A DNA stretch of 61,360 nucleotides from Actinomycetes bacterium (GTDB lineage: Bacteria > Actinomycetota > Actinomycetes > S36-B12 > UBA5976), in NCBI GenBank assembly GCA_021814565.1, contig JAKAIC010000001.1, forward strand, positions 1 to 61,360, read 5' to 3'. The position numbers and the translations under genes are program-made. Every line of letters starts with the position of its first letter. The stretch's first letter is position 1. This document shows, one piece after another, positions 9,551 to 19,049 of this stretch. Under the pieces are notes generated by a model. The model was given only the letters and a program-made list of their open reading frames with translations. It was not told the origin of the DNA and ran no database searches.

Positions 9551-11566
9551 TTGTGGGCTACGGGGGTGCAAGTGACGAAGAGGGTTGACGAACAACTACT
9601 GATTGGCCTCGCCATCCTGCAGGTGAACTGGGATGCGAAGGGGAGGAGTCATCTCGACAACTTCGTACCATTTGCTGTTGAGGCGTTGCGCACAAGCGGA
9701 TCGAGTGAGTTCACCTACGCGGAGGTTCGACAGGCGATCCTTGACACGTCGGGATTGAATCTGCCGGTTCAGGTCGTCGGCGCAGTTCTCAAGCGCGCTG
9801 AACTCGCCCGCTTCGGGACTCGTGCGTCGCATGGAACGTTCCGTCTGAATTCGGAAAAGGCGAGTCGGGTCTCATTGGAGGCGCAACGACAGCGCCTGCT
9901 ACGTGAACAGCGCAATCTCGAGGAATCGCTCGCACAGCACGCTAGCAGCGCCTTCGGTGCCGCGTGGTCCTTGGAAGTCGCCAACGCCGCCTTGCTTGCA
10001 TATGTCGATGGCAATGCAGCAGCGCTCCTTGGAACCGCGCTGCGGGGTGACAATGCACCGCGCGGTGAGGTTGACTCGGAGGAACGCGTCATCGTCGCGA
10101 GCTGGATTGAAGGGATCTCACATTCCGATCCCGATCGATTCGAGTACCTGCTGAACATCGTGAAAGGCAGCATGCTTGCTACGGGTCTCCTGTTGCCCCA
10201 TAGCAGCGAGATGGATCGGCCATTCAAGGCAACGACGCTCATTCTCGATACTCCCGTGTTGCTCGGAGCTTTGGGTCACGAGGGCGAAGAGACGCGAGCC
10301 TCAATCGAAGAGATCCTCGCTCTCGCTCGTCGACAAGGGGCGAAGCTCGCCTGTCTCCAGGGAACTTTGGTAGAGGTCCGCTCCGTCCTAACAGCAGCGT
10401 CGATGTCAATCGGTCGCGCCCACTCTCCGTCTACCAAGCCGGTGGACTTGCACTTCGCGCGAACAGGACAGTCGAGAGCCCAAGTCCTAGCCAAGGCTGA
10501 ACGGCTTGATGCGGACCTGAACCGCATTCAGATTGAAGTGCGGGCGAATCCACACTTCGCTGAGTTCGACACCGTGGACGAAGCCGTTCTTGAGCAACTG
10601 CTAGAACGCGCAGTGCACCATGGCCCGGAGCGAAGAGAAGCGCTGTTGCACGACTTGAATGCACTTACGTCCGTTCATAGATTGCGCAGGAACCGAGACG
10701 GCGATCGGCTTGAGAACTGCGGTGCTGTCTTCATCAGTCCGAACACTGGTGTCGTTGCCATTGCTAACGCATTCGAGGGATTCAAGACGCACCGGTGGCC
10801 GATCGCGATGTCTCTGGACTCGCTTGCCACGATGCTCTGGGTCAAGACTCCACTAGCTGCCCCGGATCTGCCTAGGTATCGCCTATTGGCCAACTGCTAC
10901 AGCGCTCTCGAACCTGAACCGGAGCTGTGGGCCCAGTTCTTGCGAGAAATCGACCGGCTGCGATCTGACGACTCGATCACGGATGACGATGTGACTTTCC
11001 TCAGGTACTCGCAAGAGGTCCGACGCGAACTCGCCCAAGGCGCCGTTGCGAAGCGATCTGGCGCTTCGCATGACCTTGTTATCGATGTACTGGCACGAGT
11101 GCAAGGCAAGCTCAGTGAACCAGCCGAAGGTCAACGCGTTGCCGCCGAACAGAAGTTGAGGGAGGTAGAGGCCGTTCATGAGGCTCTAGCGGTGCGGGCC
11201 CAATCGACCGAAACGGATCTCGAGAAGATCACTAGAGAACTCGCGGAGGAGCGCCAGCGTAGGGAGCGTCGGGACAAGCACTCAGAGAGCGTGCTCACCG
11301 ATGTCGCTGGACAAGCAGAACGAGTGGGCAAGTGGGCGGGTTGGGGAATCACGGTCCTCATCGGTGCCAGTTACTTCTGGGCAACAAGGCATACCAGTTG
11401 GCTTGCCCATCTCATAACCTCACTAGCCGTGACTGTCGCGCTGCTTGTCGGGAACCTCCAGGCTCCGGGCAAGGCCGTCGAGCGGTTCATTGCGGACTGG
11501 TTCAAGCGGGTCCGCATCGCACTCCTCAAATTGCCTACCGAGGAAGCGCTGGACACCAGGTTGTAG
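9551..11566 (+). CDS. Large hypothetical protein: N-terminal wHTH-like region, central PIN-like acidic motifs, coiled coil, two C-terminal TM helices
   Basis: 671 aa. TLILDTPVLLGALG, LHDLNALT and VFISPNTG resemble PIN-like Asp motifs. Heptad-rich LREVEAVHEALAVRAQSTETDLEKITRELAEERQRRERRDK. Hydrophobic WAGWGITVLIGASYFW and LITSLAVTVALLVGNL. Confidence 0.5.
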   Translation: MWATGVQVTKRVDEQLLIGLAILQVNWDAKGRSHLDNFVPFAVEALRTSGSSEFTYAEVRQAILDTSGLNLPVQVVGAVLKRAELARFGTRASHGTFRLNSEKASRVSLEAQRQRLLREQRNLEESLAQHASSAFGAAWSLEVANAALLAYVDGNAAALLGTALRGDNAPRGEVDSEERVIVASWIEGISHSDPDRFEYLLNIVKGSMLATGLLLPHSSEMDRPFKATTLILDTPVLLGALGHEGEETRASIEEILALARRQGAKLACLQGTLVEVRSVLTAASMSIGRAHSPSTKPVDLHFARTGQSRAQVLAKAERLDADLNRIQIEVRANPHFAEFDTVDEAVLEQLLERAVHHGPERREALLHDLNALTSVHRLRRNRDGDRLENCGAVFISPNTGVVAIANAFEGFKTHRWPIAMSLDSLATMLWVKTPLAAPDLPRYRLLANCYSALEPEPELWAQFLREIDRLRSDDSITDDDVTFLRYSQEVRRELAQGAVAKRSGASHDLVIDVLARVQGKLSEPAEGQRVAAEQKLREVEAVHEALAVRAQSTETDLEKITRELAEERQRRERRDKHSESVLTDVAGQAERVGKWAGWGITVLIGASYFWATRHTSWLAHLITSLAVTVALLVGNLQAPGKAVERFIADWFKRVRIALLKLPTEEALDTRL

Positions 11567-11684
11567 GGCGTAGAGCCGATTGTCCACAGTGAGATTGAAG
11601 CGTGCCGTTCCGAGTCGCAGCCCGATGGCCGTCCCTAGGGCGGTGACACTGGAACAGGCACGCTGGTGATTGCGCGGGTGACAG

Positions 11685-13451
11685 GTGGCCGGACGCTGGT
11701 CCGGCATGACCACACATACACATACTGGGAATCAGGACCTGCCGGGGACCACGGAGGCCGCTTCGGTGGTCGCTGCTGCGGCTGCCTTGTTGACGAACTT
11801 GCATCAACAGCGCGCGAGTACGGCCCGCGGCAGGCTCATGGAGTTCCTCCGGGATACGACGTCCTCGGGCTGGGATGGGGAGACTCGCCCTGATCTTGTT
11901 GCCCTCCTGACGGAGGCCGCGATCGAGCGCCATGTGCGCGCGCGTGCTGCCGCCGGCGAGGGCAACCGGGGGCTGTCGGATCGGCGTACCGATCTGCGGA
12001 ACATCCGCAGGGCGCTCATCGCTGACCCGAATGACATCCGACGCAAGCCTGCGAAGAGTCACGGCACTCCGGCCGGTAGCGACATGCTGCTGGCGGGGCT
12101 GCTCGCCGGTGCGAATGGCGTCGAAGTACACGCACTAGTCACTGCGCTTCGCGAGCAGGGCCACGTCACCGCGCAGCACATGCGCACGCTGCTGTCGACT
12201 CGACTGCTGCGGCAGCTTCCTGTGAATGCGGTGGTGAGCCAGGTCGGCACTCCTTCGGCGGAGGGGTGCCGTCTCATGAGGGCAATGGCAACCGCCAACG
12301 CCGCGGCATCCGGGAGCGTGATGCGGTCCATGCCACGAACCTCAACCACGGCAGTAACGAAGTCGCGTCGCAAGAGCAACCGCGAGGTCATGCGCGAAGC
12401 AGCCGACAAGGCGAAGGCGGTGACGGTCGAGAAGACGTTGCACGACCTCGCCGCCACAACATGGCCGCAATTGCGTAGCATGCCTACGGCGACGCGCACC
12501 GCAATGATGAAATACCGGCCGCAGGGCGTTCCCGACACCGAATGGATCCTGCTGCGGCCTGCGTTCCTTCGGCTCATGTCGCTGCTGCAGCAGGAGTCCC
12601 CACGCGTTGCACGCAACACGGCCTCGCTGCTCGTGCGATACCTGCGGTGGCGGCTGTCGAACCGGACTCCCGCGGGTGCCCAACCGTTGGCAATGGCGGA
12701 GGTGGGTGTCCGGGAGGACGTCAACACCTGGTTGGCCGTCATGCGTTCTCGAGGGACGCCACCTGCGACCCTCGCGACGATGCGATCGGAGGTTCCCTAT
12801 GTCATCGATGCCCTCCACCCCGATTTGGCACCCGTGCGGCTGCCCTACACCCCGGCGCCGGCGCCCTACAGCGATCGCGAGGTGGCAACGTTCCTCGCGA
12901 TTGCGCGATATCAGCCGACCGAACGCAGTCAGCAGGAGACGACGGCGCTGATCGCGCTCTGTGCTGGTGCCGGCCTCACCCCTGGTGAGGTCACGTCCGT
13001 CACCCCCGCGGACCTTCAGCCGCTGGAAATGGGCGACGGCTTCCGCACCTACCTGGTTCGTGCTGGACGTGGGAGGCAGGAGCGTGTGGTTCCCCTGCGG
13101 TTGGCCTTCGTCGCTCCTCTGGAGGATGCGCTGCGCATTCACAAGGAGCGCAGGCAGGGCACGCGCCCTCTTGTACCGAAGCTGGCTGCGCCGGGTACCC
13201 ACGGCATCGTGGCCAGAGTCGAACTCAGCGATGAGGTGGGACTCGATCTTCAGGCCTACCGGTTGCGCAACACGTGGCTGGTGGCCCAGATGCAGGCATC
13301 GGTTCCGCTGGCCGATCTGCTCCGTGCCGCAGGTCTCGTGAGCGCGCGCCCCCTGACTGACCTGCTGCCACATTGCGCGCCAGCAGAGCCAGCACGCATC
13401 CAGCACCTGCTCGCCGCTGCGACGGTCGTGAAGGCCGGTGAGCACGCATGA
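11685..13451 (+). CDS. Module copy 2, gene A: integrase-fold protein that appears catalytically degenerate
   Basis: 588 aa. C-terminus parallels copies 1 and 3 (YSDREVATFLAIARYQPT, LCAGAGLTPGEV, YRLRNTWLVAQM, LLRAAGL). ATGA overlap with gene B. Start may be the Met at 11706 (MTTHTHT). Confidence 0.65.
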   Translation: MAGRWSGMTTHTHTGNQDLPGTTEAASVVAAAAALLTNLHQQRASTARGRLMEFLRDTTSSGWDGETRPDLVALLTEAAIERHVRARAAAGEGNRGLSDRRTDLRNIRRALIADPNDIRRKPAKSHGTPAGSDMLLAGLLAGANGVEVHALVTALREQGHVTAQHMRTLLSTRLLRQLPVNAVVSQVGTPSAEGCRLMRAMATANAAASGSVMRSMPRTSTTAVTKSRRKSNREVMREAADKAKAVTVEKTLHDLAATTWPQLRSMPTATRTAMMKYRPQGVPDTEWILLRPAFLRLMSLLQQESPRVARNTASLLVRYLRWRLSNRTPAGAQPLAMAEVGVREDVNTWLAVMRSRGTPPATLATMRSEVPYVIDALHPDLAPVRLPYTPAPAPYSDREVATFLAIARYQPTERSQQETTALIALCAGAGLTPGEVTSVTPADLQPLEMGDGFRTYLVRAGRGRQERVVPLRLAFVAPLEDALRIHKERRQGTRPLVPKLAAPGTHGIVARVELSDEVGLDLQAYRLRNTWLVAQMQASVPLADLLRAAGLVSARPLTDLLPHCAPAEPARIQHLLAAATVVKAGEHA

Positions 13452-15346
13452 TCCGTGATTGGGAAATCGAACGTGTGCGACTGCTCGTGGACCGTTCCGG
13501 CGTCGTTCCCCTGGTCGAGGCCGAAATGAGGCGTCGTGGCACTGGCCGTTTGAGCAGCGTGACCCTTCGAGACTGGTTCGTCTGTGAGGTGCTCACCGCC
13601 ATCCACGGCCAGAACCTTCACAGCAGTGAGGTGCGACGCATGTTCACTGACCTCAAGGAGTCAACCCTTGCAGCCCAGTTCCTGGTGGGGACGCGCATCC
13701 CGACTTCCGATGTCTTGGAAGGCGATCGGATCGTCTCCGTGAGCCCGTTCGAGACCCGGCTTCGCACCATGAACGAGCGGCTGTCGTTCCTGCAGAGTTC
13801 CGCCCCGGACATCACACCGGAGGAAGCCATGCGTCGAGAGGCGTTGCAGCAAGAGATCTCGTACCGCCTGTTGCGAGCCACGCGGCCGATCGACCTCCCA
13901 GACACTCGCGCGATGGCGGCGGACAGCACCGCCGTCGAGGCCTGGGGTCAGTTTCGGATCGGCGGCAACGATCCCGACGCCCGTCCGGGGTATCGCACGC
14001 CGAAACTCGGGGAGCGATCGGTCTTCCACGGCCATGCGTACTTCGTGTTCAGTAGCGTGGACCGCGACGGCGTACGTCCCGCGGTTGCCGCGCCACGACT
14101 GTTCGAGCAGCTTGTGGTGCGGCCTGCCAACGTCGAAGGTGGTGTCGGCATTCCGGTGCTGCCCTTCGCGCTGCGAGCAGCAGCCGAAGGCAGACTGCAG
14201 GAGTTGCTGCTCGATAGTGCCTGGTTCAACACATCATTCGAGGACTTCTTCGCGCCGCTGCAGGAGGCGGGCGTGCGCGTCATCATTCCCCCGAAGGCGT
14301 CCATGAAGCGCATCACCGTACGGGCCGATGGAACTCCGATGTTCTTCGCCGTCCCGCTCTGCCCTGGAACTCCGCAGGAGATGATCGACCTTGCCCGCAC
14401 TCTCAAGCAGCCAGCAGCAATGACACTCGAGCCTGGATTCACCGAGCAGGAACTCGACGAACTCGCACGAATGGCCGACCAAGAGCTCGATGCTGCAGAG
14501 CTCGTCCTGCCCGACGATGCGGATCAGGAGATCCATCTGGCGGAGGATGACGAAGAGTATGAGCAACCGGTCGGGTCTACGCCCGACGAGGATTCCGAAC
14601 GGTGGTGGCGCAAGGTTCGCAAACTCTCATGGCCGGAGCGTCGCGAGCACATCAAGCGGCGCAAACACAAGGTCTATGAAGACACTATCCAGTTCATCGA
14701 GGCCTCGGAGAAGGTCAAGGCCTACGCCTTGACCCGCAAGGAGTCCGCGACCGCCGAGAACGGTTGGCAGGAGCGGTGGGAATGCGGGGCGAAGTCCGGA
14801 CTTCTGCGATGCCCGCGAATCCCCGAAAGCATGCTTATCGATCCGGCTGACCGGCCGACGGTCCTGCCCTGTGACACAGGGTTCTGCGCCCAGACGCGGC
14901 CTGCTGACGGACGCGACAAGGACGTCCGAGATGGCACCATTCCCTTGGGCACCCCTGTCTACGTGACGTCTCTCCGATTGGACCGCAACGAGCGACCGAA
15001 GGTGCGCAGCAAGCATTTCCCGGGCACGCTCGCATGGATCAAGGACGTCACCCGACGATCCCGCGTGGAGGGCGACTTCGGCGTCCTCAAGTCACAGTCC
15101 GGTAGCGGCCTTACCAAGGGCTACTTCGCAGTCGGCGGGCAAGCCGCACACGTGATCCTGGGAACCATCGTCCTCGCCGCACGCAACATGAAGAACATCG
15201 AGGCATGGCTGGCGCGCGGTGGCGAGACCGCGGATCCTCTGTATGCACCCGAACCGGTGCTCCAGGGCTTCGGCGAACTCACAGTGGCCCAAGCCGCGCA
15301 AGTGCGGCGCAGCCACCTCGACCGCACTGACCAGCAGGCCGCATGA
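13448..15346 (+). CDS. Module copy 2, gene B: diverged IS4-like DDE transposase
   Basis: 632 aa. MAADSTAVEAWGQ (D), LLLDSAWF (D), RRSRVEGDFGVLK (R-x3-E-x6-K). Acidic insert. Confidence 0.65.
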   Translation: MIRDWEIERVRLLVDRSGVVPLVEAEMRRRGTGRLSSVTLRDWFVCEVLTAIHGQNLHSSEVRRMFTDLKESTLAAQFLVGTRIPTSDVLEGDRIVSVSPFETRLRTMNERLSFLQSSAPDITPEEAMRREALQQEISYRLLRATRPIDLPDTRAMAADSTAVEAWGQFRIGGNDPDARPGYRTPKLGERSVFHGHAYFVFSSVDRDGVRPAVAAPRLFEQLVVRPANVEGGVGIPVLPFALRAAAEGRLQELLLDSAWFNTSFEDFFAPLQEAGVRVIIPPKASMKRITVRADGTPMFFAVPLCPGTPQEMIDLARTLKQPAAMTLEPGFTEQELDELARMADQELDAAELVLPDDADQEIHLAEDDEEYEQPVGSTPDEDSERWWRKVRKLSWPERREHIKRRKHKVYEDTIQFIEASEKVKAYALTRKESATAENGWQERWECGAKSGLLRCPRIPESMLIDPADRPTVLPCDTGFCAQTRPADGRDKDVRDGTIPLGTPVYVTSLRLDRNERPKVRSKHFPGTLAWIKDVTRRSRVEGDFGVLKSQSGSGLTKGYFAVGGQAAHVILGTIVLAARNMKNIEAWLARGGETADPLYAPEPVLQGFGELTVAQAAQVRRSHLDRTDQQAA

Positions 15347-15365
15347 CAGTTGACCTGCAATGCGC

Positions 15366-15393
15366 TGAGGGCCGCCCCGATGGGGCGGCCTCA
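15366..15393 (+). terminator. GC-rich hairpin downstream of B2
   Basis: GGCCGCCCC / GGGGCGGCC 9-bp stem with a 3-nt loop, 20 nt after the stop. No clear U tract. Confidence 0.45.
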
Positions 15394-15926
15394 GCCACAT
15401 TCTGACCGTGCAGGTTCACACGTTCATTTTGAGGATCCTCAGCTCAGAATGGACTTCCATTCTGAGGATCCCCCTGGCAAGTTGTTGACCAAACTCCGGT
15501 TCCCTCACGATTCAGGCCCATTTCTGGGCCTCACGAAGAGGCTTGCACACGAAAACACGATTTTTTGCACACAGGCGCACGAATTCATCCGCTGCGACTT
15601 CCCGGTCCCGCCCCGCAAGCCGATGGCGCTGGCGCGCTCGTGGGATCAGCATTCCCAGCAATCCTCGAACGGAGCCCTCTGACATACGCACTCGCAGGAC
15701 CCGTCTGGATCTGAAAATGTGACGTTCCCATCAGTATCCGCGCCAGCTTCGGCCCAAGTGACGTCAAGGATTGCCCGATGCTCCGGCCCCCATCGACGGA
15801 CCGACGCGTTGGCCGCACCGTACGGCCACTTCGGATTGCACACAGCCTGGTTGCTTCACAGCAATTCGCGCGCACAGTTCGGTATCGGACTCAATGCTGT
15901 GCGGCTACGCTGCGGAGGTGCTCGCC

Positions 15927-16691
15927 ATGACTCGGTCTGGAACTTTCCGCTGGGAATCGGAACTGGTCAAATCGCTTCTCCCGGCGGTCGCGAAAATGAG
16001 TCCAGGGCCACGGGACCTAAGTGTGGTTACAGAAGTGCCATGTCCGTCAGGCGGCATTCCCGACATTGTCGGAGTGCTGCTCGACGCGGCCGCCATCGAA
16101 CGTCGAGAGGCATCTGGTCTGGGCGCCGTCACGAATCCGCATGAAGCGGTGATTCTTTCGCGACTGTCAGAAGGCGAAGCCACTTTGACCGAGTTGGCGA
16201 ATGTCGTCTTCCTATCTCGGGAGCACCTGCGTCGCAGCATTCTTCCTCGATTGATCAGTGCGGGCTGGATAGCGCCGCTTCAGGGCAGAGGCGAATCCGC
16301 CTCAACGATGCTGTTGGTCCAATACGAAGACGTCGCGCAGTGGGTAGTGACCGTGGAGGCGAAACTCACAGACTGGCGTGGAGGCATGAGCCAAGCCCTA
16401 AGGCACGCACCCAGTGCGGATGCTGCATATCTCGCACTCGATGCACGGTTCTCGCGTCGAGTGACCCTGCAAGCTTCGGCTGCGAGCGAACGCGGAGTCG
16501 GGATACTGACAGTCGATGCCTCCACCGGTGCCGTTGAAGAGCGCTCAACACCAGTCCGTTGGCAGACGCAGAACGTCCTTCGCCGCATCCTCGCGGAGCG
16601 TGTTTGGACGCAGCTGCGCTCCGACCATGTACCAGGTCATAACGCGCTGGTGTTCGGGCGTGACTTGGGAGCGCTCGCTCTAGCCGGCTAG
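15927..16691 (+). CDS. PD-(D/E)xK-like nuclease-fold protein with an inserted winged-helix segment
   Basis: GGIPDIVGV ... VTVEAKL (D ... ExK pattern), with wHTH-like LTELANVVFLSREHLRRSILPRLISAGWI in between. GGAGG lies 8 nt upstream of ATG 15927. The stop shares a CTAG palindrome with the convergent gene. Confidence 0.5.
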   Translation: MTRSGTFRWESELVKSLLPAVAKMSPGPRDLSVVTEVPCPSGGIPDIVGVLLDAAAIERREASGLGAVTNPHEAVILSRLSEGEATLTELANVVFLSREHLRRSILPRLISAGWIAPLQGRGESASTMLLVQYEDVAQWVVTVEAKLTDWRGGMSQALRHAPSADAAYLALDARFSRRVTLQASAASERGVGILTVDASTGAVEERSTPVRWQTQNVLRRILAERVWTQLRSDHVPGHNALVFGRDLGALALAG

Positions 16692-18079
16692 CGCAATAGA
16701 GCCAGCCACCTATCAAGGTGCTTTGGCAGGTTGTCACCAGCAAGCGGTGTGGGACCGGACGCAATCTTCTGCACCATGGTTCGCGCATCGTTGACCATGC
16801 GTTGCGCGGCGAGGCGCGGCCTGCGGCTCGCCAGCACGCTCGATAGTGCCGCGGTGGCTATGAGGTAATGCTGGCCAGCTACCTCTTTGTTCCAGCCTGC
16901 CGATGTCGGAGCGCTCAAAGGCAGTCGTCTGCAGAAATCGCAACTGCACAACGCATAGGAAGGCTCCCCCATCATTGTGAGATGTGCAGCATGTTCCACC
17001 GTATGGAGAACGGATGATTCGAAGTATCGGACACGTGGTGGGCGCCAATTCTGCCGAGTCGATCCGAATCGGGGTTGATCCGCGTACGCCTGTTCGCTCC
17101 ACCCGATTCCAGTTGAGAAGCCGGTGGCTCCAATAGCGCTCATCACCCATCCCGTAAGACCCGAGTTCGGGAGAATAAGGTTCTTGCCTTCCAGCGCAGC
17201 GGTCGAACAAAGCTCCTTGTACCCGTCGAGCACCTTGGGGTCGACAAGTTGCCCGAACCTTGGTGCAGTCAACGGCCAGCGAAAGCGCAAGTACCACAGT
17301 GACTCACTGGATTCGACGAGTTCGTGTAGCAGGACGTTGCGAAGAGTCGGGTTGGTGAGCCATACGTGATCGAACGTAAGATTGACAAACATTGGCTCGT
17401 CGGGCGCTTGGCTGCGACTGGCTGATACCCATCTCATTGCATGCTGCATCGCCCTTTGCGGAGCTGCATTGTCCACCCAGCCCGTAGCGGACACGAGGGC
17501 GGTAGCTCCCGCGTTACGTTGGACTCTTAGCACTTCCGTCACCCAGGCCGGATCCGTAGGCGAGTCCTGCGCCGGGGCATTGACGAACCAAGGCGAGCGC
17601 CTCCCGGCGCGAGGTCCAAGCGTCTTCGCATCTGGACACTGCGACCGCTCCGCCCTGAAGAGTTCAGGATCCGCCAACAGAAGCCTGTTCGTTGTGAACT
17701 GGCGAAGGAACTGTGTTCGCGCATCCAATCCGGCATTCAGCAATGGAAGTACCGCCCCGATGCCGACTTGACCTCTCGTCGCACGATCGGCCGCAGGAAG
17801 AGTGTCCGCGAAGTGTTGAGAAAGGCGGGCACCTCGCACGAACAAGACGACAGGTACATCACCATCGAGCTGTTTGCTCAATGACGGCCCACCAGTCCGT
17901 ACCGATTCGTCCGGCGGGGTCGTCACCTCGCCGGTTTCCAAGTTGACAATGCGGCCGTCTTCGAGGATCTCAGTGCGACTTTGGTCTGAGCCAGGACCGG
18001 TTTGTGGCTCGATGTGCTGCTGCGTGGACGCGAGATCCCCGTCCATGGGAACGAGGCGATCAGTCGGGTTGCGCGCCAT
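16688..18079 (-). CDS. Hypothetical protein with a TGT/DpdA-like zinc motif (CxCxxC-x20-H)
   Basis: 463 aa. C-terminal ALCSCDFCRRLPLSAPTSAGWNKEVAGQH. No other motif recognised. Alternative start Met at 18046. Confidence 0.5.
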   Translation of the reverse strand: MARNPTDRLVPMDGDLASTQQHIEPQTGPGSDQSRTEILEDGRIVNLETGEVTTPPDESVRTGGPSLSKQLDGDVPVVLFVRGARLSQHFADTLPAADRATRGQVGIGAVLPLLNAGLDARTQFLRQFTTNRLLLADPELFRAERSQCPDAKTLGPRAGRRSPWFVNAPAQDSPTDPAWVTEVLRVQRNAGATALVSATGWVDNAAPQRAMQHAMRWVSASRSQAPDEPMFVNLTFDHVWLTNPTLRNVLLHELVESSESLWYLRFRWPLTAPRFGQLVDPKVLDGYKELCSTAALEGKNLILPNSGLTGWVMSAIGATGFSTGIGWSEQAYADQPRFGSTRQNWRPPRVRYFESSVLHTVEHAAHLTMMGEPSYALCSCDFCRRLPLSAPTSAGWNKEVAGQHYLIATAALSSVLASRRPRLAAQRMVNDARTMVQKIASGPTPLAGDNLPKHLDRWLALLR

Positions 18080-19022
18080 CTCTCTCTTCCATTTCTCGAA
18101 GTGCCCGGCGGGCGGAACCCCGTTCGTGTGGTTCGAAGCTCAGGAGACGCCATACCAAGACTTGCAGGTGTGCTGGCACCTGAACAGGCATGGCGCGGGG
18201 CCCAGATTCGATTCTCTTGAGGAGCTCCTCTGGGAGCACCTGCGCTTCGGAGGCATCGAGGAAGGGGTGTTCGTGCGCGAGCACGAGGTGCGCCACCGCA
18301 CCCGCGGCCCAGACGTCCGCCTGTTTACGACTGCTCTCTCCACGAAGTTGCTCCGGTGCCATGAACGGCACCGTGCCCTTTAGCGTGGGATAAACGGTCA
18401 GCGTCTCAACGTCCAGTTGCTTCGCTAGACCAAGGTCTAGAAGAACCGGCTGGGACCACGCATCGCGACGAAGAGCGATGTTTGCTGGCTTGATGTCCCG
18501 ATGAACTGTCTCTGTCGCGTGCAGAGCTGCAACGGCGCCGAGCAGGGATCGGACAAAGTGCTCGGCGTCGATCAGGGATGGCCAGTCTCCCGAGTCGAGG
18601 TGCCTAGCGACGTCGCGGCCATCCACGTACTCAAACTCGAGTGCCGGCCTGTCCCCTCTGGACAATGTGACGATTGTGCAATCAAGCAAGCGAACGACAC
18701 GTGGATCGGAGACTCTTCGCAGACCGGCGATCTCTCGATCGAGAATCTGTTGCGGATATGCGGAGTGCAGGATGAACTTCACTGCGCTCACGGAATCATG
18801 TCCGCGTTCGACTCGCCAAGTCTCTCCATAGCTACCTCGGCCAAGAAAGGCCACGGAGGCAGCACCGGTCGCGGCAATGACCTCGGCGGCATCTAGTTCG
18901 GCAATACTTCCGTTCCACGCAGGTGCCGCCGTGTTCCCGGTTGTCAAGTGGTCCTCGTTCCTGCTGACCTCTCGAAATACCAACCTCCGCGCTCTAGATG
19001 GGTCGGACCAGCCGAGAACCAA
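18060..19022 (-). CDS. Soluble Hanks-type Ser/Thr protein kinase
   Basis: GRGSYGETW glycine loop, AVKF lysine, HRDIKPANI catalytic loop, DLGLAK, MAPE. No TM or sensor domain. Confidence 0.85.
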   Translation of the reverse strand: MVLGWSDPSRARRLVFREVSRNEDHLTTGNTAAPAWNGSIAELDAAEVIAATGAASVAFLGRGSYGETWRVERGHDSVSAVKFILHSAYPQQILDREIAGLRRVSDPRVVRLLDCTIVTLSRGDRPALEFEYVDGRDVARHLDSGDWPSLIDAEHFVRSLLGAVAALHATETVHRDIKPANIALRRDAWSQPVLLDLGLAKQLDVETLTVYPTLKGTVPFMAPEQLRGESSRKQADVWAAGAVAHLVLAHEHPFLDASEAQVLPEELLKRIESGPRAMPVQVPAHLQVLVWRLLSFEPHERGSARRALREMEERDGAQPD

Positions 19023-19049
19023 ACTTCTGAGGCGGGTTGATCGACCAAT

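Larger units (their letters stand above)
5588..15478 (+). mobile_element. Putative A-B transposon, copy II, carrying ~6 kb of cargo (boundaries hypothetical)
   Basis: Left GGCGGGAGGATCCTCAAAATGG (5588..5609) is inverted relative to CCATTCTGAGGATCCCCCTGGC (15457..15478). The A2-B2 pair sits at the right end. See findings. Confidence 0.35.
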
